UHGV virus genome: UHGV-0223582
Reading direction: 5' to 3' (one strand)
Origin: a virus
Length of the DNA stretch: 54,939 bases
The translations under genes were made by a program, and so were the position numbers. Within the stretch, counting starts at the first letter, position 1, and the number at the start of each line of letters is the position of its first letter. This document shows, one piece after another, positions 8,706 through 17,066 of the stretch. The notes beneath the pieces are model-generated. The model was given only the letters and a program-made list of their open reading frames with translations, had not been told where the DNA came from and ran no database searches.

Positions 8706-9371
8706 TCAGGCATTATTTTGATCCAGTCCATACTTTTCTAACAACTCCCTCTTTTTCGAATCATACGCGGACTTTGCACTTTCAATAGACAGAAAACCCG
8801 TTTTTACCCAGCGTTCTCCAGAAACCTGAACGGCTACTCTGTATGTCTTGCCATTCTTTTCCAACATAACGCCACGCACACCGGTTTTGCTTCTTATCAT
8901 CGCCTTATCTGACTTCACCGCCGCAATATCCGCACGTTTTGTTCCGCCCGTTTCTACGAACTTGGCCTTAACAGCAAGATCAGAGTATTTCTTCATTTCC
9001 TCGCTTTTGTATTGCTGGCAGCCGCATCCTTTTGGCTTATTCCTTATCGTCTGCGCGGGGAACTCTTTTTCAGATCCGCACATGGAACACTTGCACAGAT
9101 ACAGCGCGTTCCTGTGCTTGTCAATTCCGGTTCGCTTTAATACAGTCAGCGCACCATAGATTTTTCCGGTAAGATCTGCTGTTTTCTCACGCTTCTTGCA
9201 TCCACAGTCTTTCTTTGGCGATTTTTTATCGGTTAACCGTTGGCCCTCCACGACGCACTCATTTCCGCATCTGCGACATATGCACCGCCAAAGCATGGCG
9301 CCTTTGGGCGAGCGCCCAGCGGGTTCTATTACTGTCAGTTCCCCAAACCTTTGGCCGATGAGGTCTTTCAT
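8706..9371 (-). CDS. homing-endonuclease-related protein with Cys-rich repeats and AP2-like DNA-binding domain
   Basis: DLIGQRFGELTV...WRCICRRCG repeats; C-terminal SKTGVRGV...GF.SIESAK.AY. Confidence 0.7.
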   Translation of the reverse strand: MKDLIGQRFGELTVIEPAGRSPKGAMLWRCICRRCGNECVVEGQRLTDKKSPKKDCGCKKREKTADLTGKIYGALTVLKRTGIDKHRNALYLCKCSMCGSEKEFPAQTIRNKPKGCGCQQYKSEEMKKYSDLAVKAKFVETGGTKRADIAAVKSDKAMIRSKTGVRGVMLEKNGKTYRVAVQVSGERWVKTGFLSIESAKSAYDSKKRELLEKYGLDQNNA

Positions 9372-9541
9372 CTTACTCACCAAAACCACCCTCTTTTTGT
9401 TTTGTGCGGCGATTTTTCAATGCGCCTTTTTTTCACGGGATTTTAGAAAGCTCTCCTTTCCAGCACATACCACTGGATCTTACTAATCCCAATCTGCTTA
9501 CAGGCGGCCTCCACTGTGATGGAGCCGTCTTTTTTTATTTT

Positions 9542-10687
9542 TTAGGATATTGTCGTTTTTGGCCTACCAGCGGTAACTTTCGGCGTGGTTAATGCCTCGT
9601 ATGGTGTCATGCCCATTTTCTTAATGCGGTAAGATACAAAAGAAAAGCTCAATCCGTATTGCTCGCACCAATCAATGGCCGACTTCGTTTCTCCATTAAT
9701 CTCCCATTCCAGTTCCCGTTTCCTGCTCCGCTTTTTGGTTGGTCTTGCGGTAAATGTATATTTCGGATGTTGATTGTTTGCTTGCGCCTTTGCATCAGTC
9801 CACCTACAATTATCTGGTGAGTACCCTTTGTCGTTATCAATTCGGTCTATTGATAAATTATCGGCATACCCATGCGACAGAGCCCAATCCCTAAACGCAA
9901 ACACATCCTCTCTCCATTCATCACAAATGTCTATTCCTCGCCCACCGTATGTTTTCCACGCATGGTTTTTGTGGTTATAACACCGCTCTTTCATTCCGCT
10001 CCAAATTCTGTATATCCTATCTTTTGATAATCCATGTGTACTAATAAGGGACTTATGATGAATACAATCTGCTTTTCCACAACTCTTTATTGTCTCATTT
10101 TCAAAAAGCACCGGATTTACTTCAACTGATCTACCGCAATCACATCTGCACACAAACATCTTTTTGCGTTTTCCAACAACGGTTAGATGGTATTTTCGAA
10201 CACCTCTCCATTTTTCTATATCAAACTTTCCTCGGTTTGTTTGGCAAATACAAACCATAGGATTTTCTCTCAACAAAAACTTTGGAGCGTGGTAATTCTC
10301 TGCACCACAAAAGGTACATCTCGTTTTCCAGCCGAATCCCGTTTTATATCCAATTATCTCCCAGCATCCAATTTTCTGCCCAATCCACTTTGGGTTGCTT
10401 GGCAAATTTTCTCTTTTAATCCTTGCGGTTTCCTTTTCCGCTGCTATTCTTTTTCTTGTTTCACACCCACAAATCCCTTGATTCTTCCCTTTCGCATAAT
10501 CTTTCCCGTTATGCGTGACTTTCTTCCTTCCGCACTTCTGACAGGTTAGCTCCCACATCTGTTTATGTGTTTCCCAATCATACCAAACACGGGTAACTTC
10601 AAAATCGCCGTACACTTTCCCGATTCTGTCAGAATAAAACTGATCCTGCATTTCAAGAACCTGTTTCTTGTTTGCCTCGTTAAACAT
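9542..10687 (-). CDS. HNH homing endonuclease-like protein
   Basis: W.GMKERC...YGGRGI.IC.EW...SIDRIDNDKGYSPDNCRW...QANN; start re-set to ATG 10687. Confidence 0.85.
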   Translation of the reverse strand: MFNEANKKQVLEMQDQFYSDRIGKVYGDFEVTRVWYDWETHKQMWELTCQKCGRKKVTHNGKDYAKGKNQGICGCETRKRIAAEKETARIKRENLPSNPKWIGQKIGCWEIIGYKTGFGWKTRCTFCGAENYHAPKFLLRENPMVCICQTNRGKFDIEKWRGVRKYHLTVVGKRKKMFVCRCDCGRSVEVNPVLFENETIKSCGKADCIHHKSLISTHGLSKDRIYRIWSGMKERCYNHKNHAWKTYGGRGIDICDEWREDVFAFRDWALSHGYADNLSIDRIDNDKGYSPDNCRWTDAKAQANNQHPKYTFTARPTKKRSRKRELEWEINGETKSAIDWCEQYGLSFSFVSYRIKKMGMTPYEALTTPKVTAGRPKTTIS

Positions 10688-11333
10688 CCCCCTTTTTGTT
10701 TCGGCTCTCCAGCGGAGGCAACCCGTGTTCCGCCCGATACTTCGCAACTGCCTTATAGTAGGTGTTTGGACGCAACCCCAACTTTTCCATCGCCCACTTG
10801 TTCGTCCTCCCATCAGACAGAACTTCTTTGTAGGCTGCATCGAAAGCCACCTCATCTATTTCAATCGGCTTTCTTCCTTTATATGCGCCTCTGTCCTTAG
10901 CAAGAGCAATCCCTTGGGCCTGCCGCTCATGCGTGTTGATTCTTTCCTTCTCAGCCACATACGAAAGAACTTTCAATACAATATCAGCAATCAGCGTTCC
11001 TGTGAGATCGTTCGTTTTCCTGGTATCCAAAATGGGCATATCCAGCACAACAATATCTGCTCCGATCTCCTTCGTGATATGTTCCCACTGTTTTCCAGTC
11101 TCAGTGTAATTTCTTCCGAGCCGGTCAAGGCTGCACACAAAAACCGTATCACCCTTTCGGATTACAGTCATCATCGCGTTCCATTTGTCCCGGTTGTAGT
11201 CCCGCCCGCTCTCTTTATCAATGAAGATGTACCGCTCCGGCACTCCGGCCTCTTTCAGCATTTTAGTCTGCCGCTCCTCATTTTGGTCTTTCGAGGACAC
11301 CCGCGCATATCCAACACAAATGCTCTCAGCCAT
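10680..11333 (-). CDS. serine recombinase (resolvase/invertase family) with C-terminal HTH
   Basis: GYARVSSKDQNEERQ, SLDRLGRN, ERQAQGIALAK..G.YKGRKP. Confidence 0.92.
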   Translation of the reverse strand: MAESICVGYARVSSKDQNEERQTKMLKEAGVPERYIFIDKESGRDYNRDKWNAMMTVIRKGDTVFVCSLDRLGRNYTETGKQWEHITKEIGADIVVLDMPILDTRKTNDLTGTLIADIVLKVLSYVAEKERINTHERQAQGIALAKDRGAYKGRKPIEIDEVAFDAAYKEVLSDGRTNKWAMEKLGLRPNTYYKAVAKYRAEHGLPPLESRNKKGDV

Positions 11334-11363
11334 CCCATCTCGCCTCCTTTTGTTTGCAAATTC

Positions 11364-11393
11364 ATTATAACAAATAATTTTGTTGTTTGTCAA
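11364..11393 (-). promoter_or_regulatory. sigma-A promoter of resolvase gene with palindrome in spacer
   Basis: TTGACA-N18-TATAAT; AACAAAATTATTTGTT in spacer. Confidence 0.6.
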
Positions 11394-11692
11394 CATGTTT
11401 TTTGCTTTTTTTAATTTTTCTGTGGTAGGGGGGCTCAGGTGGTGGGTGGCCGCCCTGTCCTATCCCCCTGGGGTGCCCGGCGGCCCGTTATCCTTGTAAT
11501 ACCTTGATTATCTGGGGTATACCCATACCAAACAGCCCACATATATATAATAATAATTTGGCACAAATCGCAACTACTCAAAAAATAAATAAAAATATTT
11601 GTAAATTCTGTTGACTACATCAAGCAAATATGTTATCATATAATCACAGCAAGGGAAACCGCGCTGAATCTACCGGGCAGGAGGTACACGAA

Positions 11693-11824
11693 ATGGAGAC
11701 TGATAGCATGACCCAGACCGAGTTAGCATCTTACCTTGAAACCCTGGCGAAACTGGTAGAGGCCACAGCCAAAGACCCGCAGGATGCGGCCCGCATTATC
11801 CGGGAAGCCATTCCAAAGCAGTAA
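11693..11824 (+). CDS. small hypothetical protein
   Basis: AGGAGG RBS; METDSMTQTELASYLETLAKL...; followed by hairpin terminator. Confidence 0.6.
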   Translation: METDSMTQTELASYLETLAKLVEATAKDPQDAARIIREAIPKQ

Positions 11825-11975
11825 AAAAGATAGCCGCCCTACCCTTAACAAGTAAGCGGCTATCTAACAAAGAACACGGGGCGGCATGGCCTGCCACATG
11901 TCGCCCTCAGTGTAACACAACCGGCAGGGAAAGGCAAGAGCCGCAAGGAGACCGAAGAATGGAGGTGACCCCCGC

Positions 11976-12041
11976 TTGATTGTCCTGTTTGTCTTGCTCC
12001 TCCCGCTTATGGTGATCTGGGAGACGGCGAAAAAATCTTGA
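11976..12041 (+). CDS. 21-aa hydrophobic peptide (type I toxin-like)
   Basis: GGAGGTG RBS, TTG start, MIVLFVLLLPLMVIWETAKKS. Confidence 0.4.
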   Translation: MIVLFVLLLPLMVIWETAKKS

Positions 12042-12111
12042 CTGCCCTAAGAGGGCGCGATACAATCAACACAACGGAGCCCGGCAAAGCCTGGGGAAAG
12101 GACGGCATAAT

Positions 12112-12411
12112 ATGACTACTACGTTATATATCACCCGCACCGGCGATATGATCCAGACGGGCAAGCCCGCAGAGGTAACACTTGAGGAGTACCCGGAAAT
12201 TAGCCGGACATGGATCCGGCGCGTTACTGTGGAGCTGCCCGCAGGGTTTGAGGCGGCAGAGGCCGGAGACGGAAGGAAGCGCATTTTTCGCGGCCCTGAT
12301 TGCTACGAGCTGACCGCTAACGTGGACGACGTGCCCTGCATCATCGACCACACCCAGAGAGGTGGTCCGTTTATCCCGCTCCGCGTCCTGTCTGAGGGAT
12401 GGGACATCTAA
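12112..12411 (+). CDS. hypothetical protein
   Basis: 99 aa with upstream TTGACT..TACAAT promoter and downstream GC hairpin + T-run. Confidence 0.65.
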   Translation: MTTTLYITRTGDMIQTGKPAEVTLEEYPEISRTWIRRVTVELPAGFEAAEAGDGRKRIFRGPDCYELTANVDDVPCIIDHTQRGGPFIPLRVLSEGWDI

Positions 12412-12926
12412 CAGCATACACCACCCGCCCCGCTATGGGGCGGGCTTTTTTGCCCTCCAGCCCTCCCAGCATGGGAGGTAACTACCCAACAACTTCCCGC
12501 CGCTTGTGCGGCCTATCATGGCCAGCAGGCGGTATTTTTGCGTCCAATCCTGGAGGGAAACGCAATCCAAAAAACAGAAAATGACAGATCCCACAACATT
12601 CCGTAAGGAGGATGCAGCGAATGAAAAGAGCAAAGAAAAAGACCCGCCCCGCTGGTGGCACAGCGAGACAGGCAACGGAAACGGGGACAACTGGACAGGT
12701 GACCTCCACTTCCACTTATAACGATACCATTACCTGCCGCAGTCAAAGTATAGTCGCTAAGGCAGGCTTAAATAGCCGAGAGTCTTCATATCAGGAACAT
12801 TTTTGTGCAATATGCTGCAGTCAAAAAGTGTTTACCCCGAATTTTAGCGACACCCATATAGTCGAATTGCACAATAAATTCGCGGAATTGTCCTTATTAC
12901 AGAGACATAATCTGTTTTATAGTCGG

Positions 12927-13487
12927 CTATTCTTCTATCACAGATTCGGCGATCCGCTCTTCAAGCTGCTTTTGGTCGGGAGAGTCGCCGAGGGGCGTTC
13001 CAGGCGTTAGGGTGATTTCTTGGCGATCTGCATAACCAAAGTTGTTCTTCCCCAAAAAGATTGCAGAAACCGGGTTTACCTTGCCATTCAGGATGTAATA
13101 CTCCCATAAAACTTCAAGTTTTCTGTACTCTTTTTTTATCAAGTCCCTTGTCGCAGAGCTGCATTCAAGGTTTCTCCCTGCAACATCATGAGTAATTTCC
13201 CATAGTCGCCGCCTATCAAGTCCAAGCACATCAGCCATACCAGATACCTGTGGCTTTGTGTCAAAGTCGATGCAGAGTTGCCAGAACTCGTCAATTCTCT
13301 GCTTTACAGCATCCTCGTCAGAGAGGTCAACTCTATCAAATTTGTTGAGGGCTTGTATGAACATAGTCGCCTTGCTGTTATCTCCCGGCTCCGAAAGTTC
13401 ATACCCAAACTGCTGTAAGTCTGGACGGTTTCTTTTCCGTTTTACGGCCTGATCCATAGTCGTATCATTCTTGCTCAGAGTTGTCAC
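12927..13487 (-). CDS. terS: terminase small subunit (putative)
   Basis: IDEFWQLC...GMADVLGLDRRRLWE...AIFLGKNNFGYADRQE, typical of TerS/DNA-packaging gp3-like proteins. Confidence 0.75.
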   Translation of the reverse strand: MTTLSKNDTTMDQAVKRKRNRPDLQQFGYELSEPGDNSKATMFIQALNKFDRVDLSDEDAVKQRIDEFWQLCIDFDTKPQVSGMADVLGLDRRRLWEITHDVAGRNLECSSATRDLIKKEYRKLEVLWEYYILNGKVNPVSAIFLGKNNFGYADRQEITLTPGTPLGDSPDQKQLEERIAESVIEE

Positions 13488-13683
13488 CTCCGTTATCTTT
13501 TCTCCAAATCCATTTTGCTTTTCTGCGAACAGAAACGACCTTACCGTTTTGACAATAAATTACATCATCATCAGACTTATATCTCTGTCCGTATGCCCAA
13601 TTTTCAATCTGGACTCCAAATGTATGCGGTACTCCGATATGTGAAAGCTGTTTCCTTATGTCTTTTGGCAAGATGAAGCCCAT
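13465..13683 (-). CDS. hypothetical protein
   Basis: 72 aa, AAGGAGG RBS, overlaps terS start. Confidence 0.55.
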   Translation of the reverse strand: MGFILPKDIRKQLSHIGVPHTFGVQIENWAYGQRYKSDDDVIYCQNGKVVSVRRKAKWIWRKDNGGDNSEQE

Positions 13684-13882
13684 AAATTATTCCTCCTTCG
13701 CAAATCCAAACCTCTCTCGAAGTATGGCTCCCAAGTAGGATTGCTATATTTCAATTCCCAAACACCGCCTTCATATAGTCGCTGGTCAAATATAGAGCCC
13801 CTTGATTTGTGATCCCCTGCTTTACCAGTCTGTTGTTCAAAGATTTAGGCACGTCCCCGGACCCTGCGTCTGCGGGACGACC

Positions 13883-14057
13883 TGTTTGAGCGGGTGAGGA
13901 TTTGCACCTCACATAGCCGACATTCCTACAAGCGCCCTCCGGTTTTATGAGCCACTACGGCACCCCGGCAACTATTCGGCCTTATGATATAAGCGTCTAC
14001 TATTGCTTGCAATCGCACAAGCTTTACCACAATTAGTGTCTATTCCGCCACCGCTCA
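13883..14057 (-). ncRNA. tRNA-like RNA with large internal insertions
   Basis: TGAGCGG/CCGCTCA acceptor, Leu/Ser-like GGCGGAATAG...GTAGACGC D-region, T-arm GAGG-TGCAAAT-CCTC, 3' AACA. Confidence 0.6.
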
Positions 14058-14058
14058 A

Positions 14059-14179
14059 TGGTTCCAGACCGGCCAGCATCTTTTCACCAGCCACATGGCA
14101 CATCCGGCTTAAATGGCCGTTGATGTGTGCACAGCTCCATGCGCTTAGCTTCTCGCGCTTGAATGCAGATCTGTCTGGA
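14059..14179 (-). ncRNA. acceptor-stem/ACCA-ended structured RNA
   Basis: perfect TCCAGAC/GTCTGGA 7-bp stem + ACCA, abutting neighbouring units. Confidence 0.55.
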
Positions 14180-14293
14180 TGGTTCCACCGCCCGCCTCAT
14201 GCGAGTGGCATACAAAGCCCAACACGACCCACCCAATTCTCTCCGTGTTGGATAGCAGCCCACATTCCGAAAACAGGTTGCTGCCACAATGGA
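14180..14293 (-). ncRNA. acceptor-stem/ACCA-ended structured RNA
   Basis: TCCATTG/CGGTGGA stem + ACCA, two internal hairpins, T-arm-like CTCGC-ATGAG-GCGGG. Confidence 0.5.
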
Positions 14294-14372
14294 GCCGAGA
14301 GGAGGTATTGAGCCTCCACACGTATACGGCGTTGCCATGGTCGCCGCTTCCGCTTCTGCTACAGCACTCGGC
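14290..14372 (-). ncRNA. tRNA-like RNA
   Basis: GCCGAG/CTCGGC acceptor + TCCA, T-arm GGAGG-CTCAATA-CCTCC, 10-nt loop in place of anticodon loop. Confidence 0.6.
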
Positions 14373-14382
14373 ATATTTTTGA

Positions 14383-14535
14383 CTACCTGATACAAGTACT
14401 CATAAAAATCATAAAAGACAAGTTCCAAACCATTCCAATCAGGTCATCTTTTTCCTTCGCTTTGAAGGCTAAATAAACATATACAATCATAAGGACAAGG
14501 CAGATAAATTCTGCAATGATTCTAAGCACATCCAC
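14383..14535 (-). CDS. 50-aa membrane peptide
   Basis: MDVLRIIAEFICLVLMIVYVYLAFKAKEKDDLIGMVWNLSFMIFMSTCIR, two hydrophobic segments. Confidence 0.4.
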   Translation of the reverse strand: MDVLRIIAEFICLVLMIVYVYLAFKAKEKDDLIGMVWNLSFMIFMSTCIR

Positions 14536-14540
14536 AAACT

Positions 14541-14783
14541 TTACGCCATCCAATCATAAAATCTGTTTTCAGCTATTTTGTCTCTTTTTCTTTTCAACTT
14601 GTGGTTCTCTTTTGATGCTCTTCTGTTAGCCTTGCATTGATTACAATTATTTCTATTTTTGCAGAACCAGCATCCATCCTGTCCCCACCAGTACCAATCT
14701 GGCATAGACGGTCTTGGTTTACGCTTTGCCTTTCCCATCATGCACTCCAAATTTTTTCTGGGCGCTTCCCGCTTAATTGTCAC
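14541..14783 (-). CDS. hypothetical basic Cys-rich protein
   Basis: PDWYWW..DGCWFCKNRNNCNQCK. Confidence 0.55.
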   Translation of the reverse strand: MTIKREAPRKNLECMMGKAKRKPRPSMPDWYWWGQDGCWFCKNRNNCNQCKANRRASKENHKLKRKRDKIAENRFYDWMA

Positions 14784-14907
14784 ACCATCAATCAGTCAGC
14801 TACATGCCATTCGGCGGTTCACTGTCCTACGGCAGTTTTCAGCGAGCATTGTCATTCTCTCTGAGGTGTTGCGCTACGCTCAGATCATCCGGGAGCGACC
14901 CGGCCTC

Positions 14908-15000
14908 TGGTGGAACATTGCGGTCCTGCCCCGCTTTAGCACTTAGAGCAATGTGCCCTTCGCTTGCTGTGACCTCCCCGTTTCGGGGTGCCTATGTTCC
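14908..15000 (-). ncRNA. tRNA-like RNA
   Basis: GGAACAT/ATGTTCC acceptor + ACCA, T-arm-like GCGG-GGCAGGA-CCGC, internal GAAA-tetraloop hairpin. Confidence 0.55.
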
Positions 15001-15073
15001 GCATGCCCCCGTCTTTCCGGAGTGTCAGCTCCGTGGCCTTTGGAGCGCATTGTCTAATGTCCGTGAAGGACCA

Positions 15074-15135
15074 TGCTGCCGCATGGAGGGCGCGACCCTC
15101 CGGCCCGGATGTGTGGGCTGATGCGCTCGTGCGGC
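15074..15135 (-). ncRNA. short tRNA-like RNA
   Basis: GCCGCA/TGCGGC acceptor + AGCA, T-arm GGAGG-GTCGCGC-CCTCC. Confidence 0.45.
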
Positions 15136-15261
15136 GTATTTCGCCGTTATTGCCGCCACGGACGCGGGCGGGTAAGGAGGGGAAAAAGAAGTATGGAATA
15201 CGCCTTTATCCTCGGAAGAATGTGCACGTGTCTGCTGCACATATTCTTTGCTTCCTCTTTT

Positions 15262-15365
15262 ATTATACCACAATATCTTGTGTTTGTAAATCAAATTTCA
15301 GATTTTTATATCAATATATTGTGTTTTCAGGAGTTATCAAACGCCCTCCGCACCATATCTTGTAT
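15262..15365 (-). promoter_or_regulatory. late promoter TTTACA-N17-TATAAT with three NrdR-box-like sites (15268, 15309, 15350)
   Basis: 27/29 identical to promoter at 6404-6432; boxes 41 bp apart. Confidence 0.75.
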
Positions 15366-15536
15366 CTGATCGCTTGTATAAAGGGTTTCTTCTGTTCCTC
15401 CCTTCTTGCACCAAAAGTCTGCATCCGTCATGCATCCAGTGACCTTGCACCGCCCCCATGTTCGGCCGTCTTCTCCTATCACAGGCTCGTTTGACCACCA
15501 CTTACACGCGGCGCAGGGTATCGCTTCCACTGTCAT
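15327..15536 (-). CDS. hypothetical Cys-rich protein
   Basis: CAACKWW...C....TDADFWCKKG. Confidence 0.55.
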   Translation of the reverse strand: MTVEAIPCAACKWWSNEPVIGEDGRTWGRCKVTGCMTDADFWCKKGGTEETLYTSDQIQDMVRRAFDNS

Positions 15537-15810
15537 CTCTTTCCCTCCTGTCCATTTCCATCACCGCCAGAATGGCATAGTTCGCAAGATCCAGCAGCGT
15601 GTCCCGGAGCGATTCGTCCTGTACCTGCTGGTTATCGCCTCGCGTCAGTGACTTGACACGGTTCAGCTTGTCCGAAAGCCGAATACGCACCATCGGCCAG
15701 CCTTCTTCCGCGAAGGTCTGGTGGAAGCTGTCTCCATAGTCGTGGTTTTTGCGTTCAAACAGCGTAGTTAGTTCTCCGCAGATCTTTTTGTGCAGCTCTA
15801 TATCATTCAT
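15502..15810 (-). CDS. DUF1599 / nucleotide-modification-associated domain 1 protein
   Basis: KNHDYGDSF...RLSDKLNR...ESLRDTLLDLANYAIL. Confidence 0.85.
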   Translation of the reverse strand: MNDIELHKKICGELTTLFERKNHDYGDSFHQTFAEEGWPMVRIRLSDKLNRVKSLTRGDNQQVQDESLRDTLLDLANYAILAVMEMDRRERDDSGSDTLRRV

Positions 15811-16273
15811 GTTCGTCCTCCTTCTGGCTGCGCCATGAATTGCAGAAGTGATCACACCCTTCGCAGTCATCTGAATCAATATATCCTGGATGCTCTTGCA
15901 GTGATGGGCAGATACACGGCTCCAAATCCAGGTTCCCACTCTCACAGAACTGTTTCCTTAGAAAGCCTTCGCTATCAATGTACTCACAGAGCCCATCAAA
16001 GTCCCGTTGAACCAGCTCCAGTTCGGCCAGAACTTTCATGTATGCCCGTTCTGCATTTTCATAGAGGTGTCGTCTATCGTCTGCGCTCCTCCTTTGCCGC
16101 TCTACTTCGGCCCGCAGCTTCTCGTTTTCAGCCTGGAGCGTGGAGAGGGAGGTAGCGGCGGCCTGCAACACAAATGCGACCGTGTTTATTTCTGGTGAGC
16201 ACTTCTGTTCTCCCTCTTCTTTAAGGGCATTATGCAAACTCTTCAAACGTTTAATCAACTTATCAATTTCCAT
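15803..16273 (-). CDS. hypothetical coiled-coil protein
   Basis: 156 aa, coupled to neighbours. Confidence 0.6.
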   Translation of the reverse strand: MEIDKLIKRLKSLHNALKEEGEQKCSPEINTVAFVLQAAATSLSTLQAENEKLRAEVERQRRSADDRRHLYENAERAYMKVLAELELVQRDFDGLCEYIDSEGFLRKQFCESGNLDLEPCICPSLQEHPGYIDSDDCEGCDHFCNSWRSQKEDEHE

Positions 16274-16602
16274 CAGGTTTCCTCCTCTCCCTCCGGCGGG
16301 CGGCGGTAGGCTTTGAACCTATACCCCCACTCTTCGCACAAGGTTTCCCAAGTCATCAGCTCCTCAGATCCAAAGAACAGAACCCCGAAAGGCGTTACTT
16401 TCGCCCAGTCATTCAGCGGGGTAAACCAAATATACCGTTCTTTCTTGGCATCCTCCAGCTTCAGCGGCTCGTTCGGCGGAGTGAGGGTGGGCATAGAGCG
16501 GATATCCTCAATAACAACATCTGCCGGAATTGGCTCATCAGTATGTAAATACGGGCTAAACCACTCAATCAGAGCGTTCCCATCAATCGGTCGTACTTCC
16601 AT
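16273..16602 (-). CDS. hypothetical phage protein
   Basis: RPIDGNAL...MPTLTPPNEPL...YRRPPE mosaic early-region protein. Confidence 0.65.
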   Translation of the reverse strand: MEVRPIDGNALIEWFSPYLHTDEPIPADVVIEDIRSMPTLTPPNEPLKLEDAKKERYIWFTPLNDWAKVTPFGVLFFGSEELMTWETLCEEWGYRFKAYRRPPEGEEET

Positions 16603-16765
16603 TTTTCAGTGTCCTCCAATCTCCATTATTATATGGCGCATGATACCGCCGCCCATCGTCCGTACGCACCATAATCTGCATCGCCGAGGCGGTCAGGGTG
16701 TAGATTTTCGTTATCACGCCTTTCACACCGCTTACCATACAGACAACCACGTCACCTATCTCCAT
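16583..16765 (-). CDS. hypothetical protein
   Basis: 60 aa MEIGDVV...; GGAGG RBS. Confidence 0.55.
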   Translation of the reverse strand: MEIGDVVVCMVSGVKGVITKIYTLTASAMQIMVRTDDGRRYHAPYNNGDWRTLKNGSTTD

Positions 16766-17066
16766 ACAGCGCCTCCAATCGCTTAATCTCCATATCCACT
16801 GCCTCGTCCGTCATGGGAGCGCCGCAAGCCTCACAGAACGGTTTATCAAGCCCAATAAACACTCTTTTACAACGCGAACATCTCCGCTTTGGCACATCGT
16901 TGTAAGCCTCTCTCATATCTTCCCACTCACCCTTCCACACTTTCTCCACCCGCTCCCGGATGACGGGACTGAGGGCAGCGAGAGCCATTTCAAGTGCTTC
17001 GTTTAGTCCTCCCCAACTTGCGTATGCATAACTTTTTAATTCTTCAATCGCTTCTTCCCGCGTCAT
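16752..17066 (-). CDS. hypothetical zinc-ribbon protein
   Basis: MTREEAIE...CSRC...FCEACGAPM. Confidence 0.65.
   Translation of the reverse strand: MTREEAIEELKSYAYASWGGLNEALEMALAALSPVIRERVEKVWKGEWEDMREAYNDVPKRRCSRCKRVFIGLDKPFCEACGAPMTDEAVDMEIKRLEALYGDR

Noticed and set aside
12420..12926. pac/cos site downstream of terS
   Set aside because: Non-coding with short tgcacaa-type inverted motifs, but nothing diagnostic without read-terminus data
14084..14428. ORFs spanning the RNA cluster (also 14003..14311 and 14988..15494)
   Set aside because: No RBS or protein motifs; the sequence is better explained by stem-loop RNA structure
14780..14907. Self-cleaving (HDV-like theta, twister or pistol) ribozyme 3' of a tRNA-like unit
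   Set aside because: Region is structured, but I could not map the required pseudoknot and catalytic nucleotides by eye; needs an Infernal search
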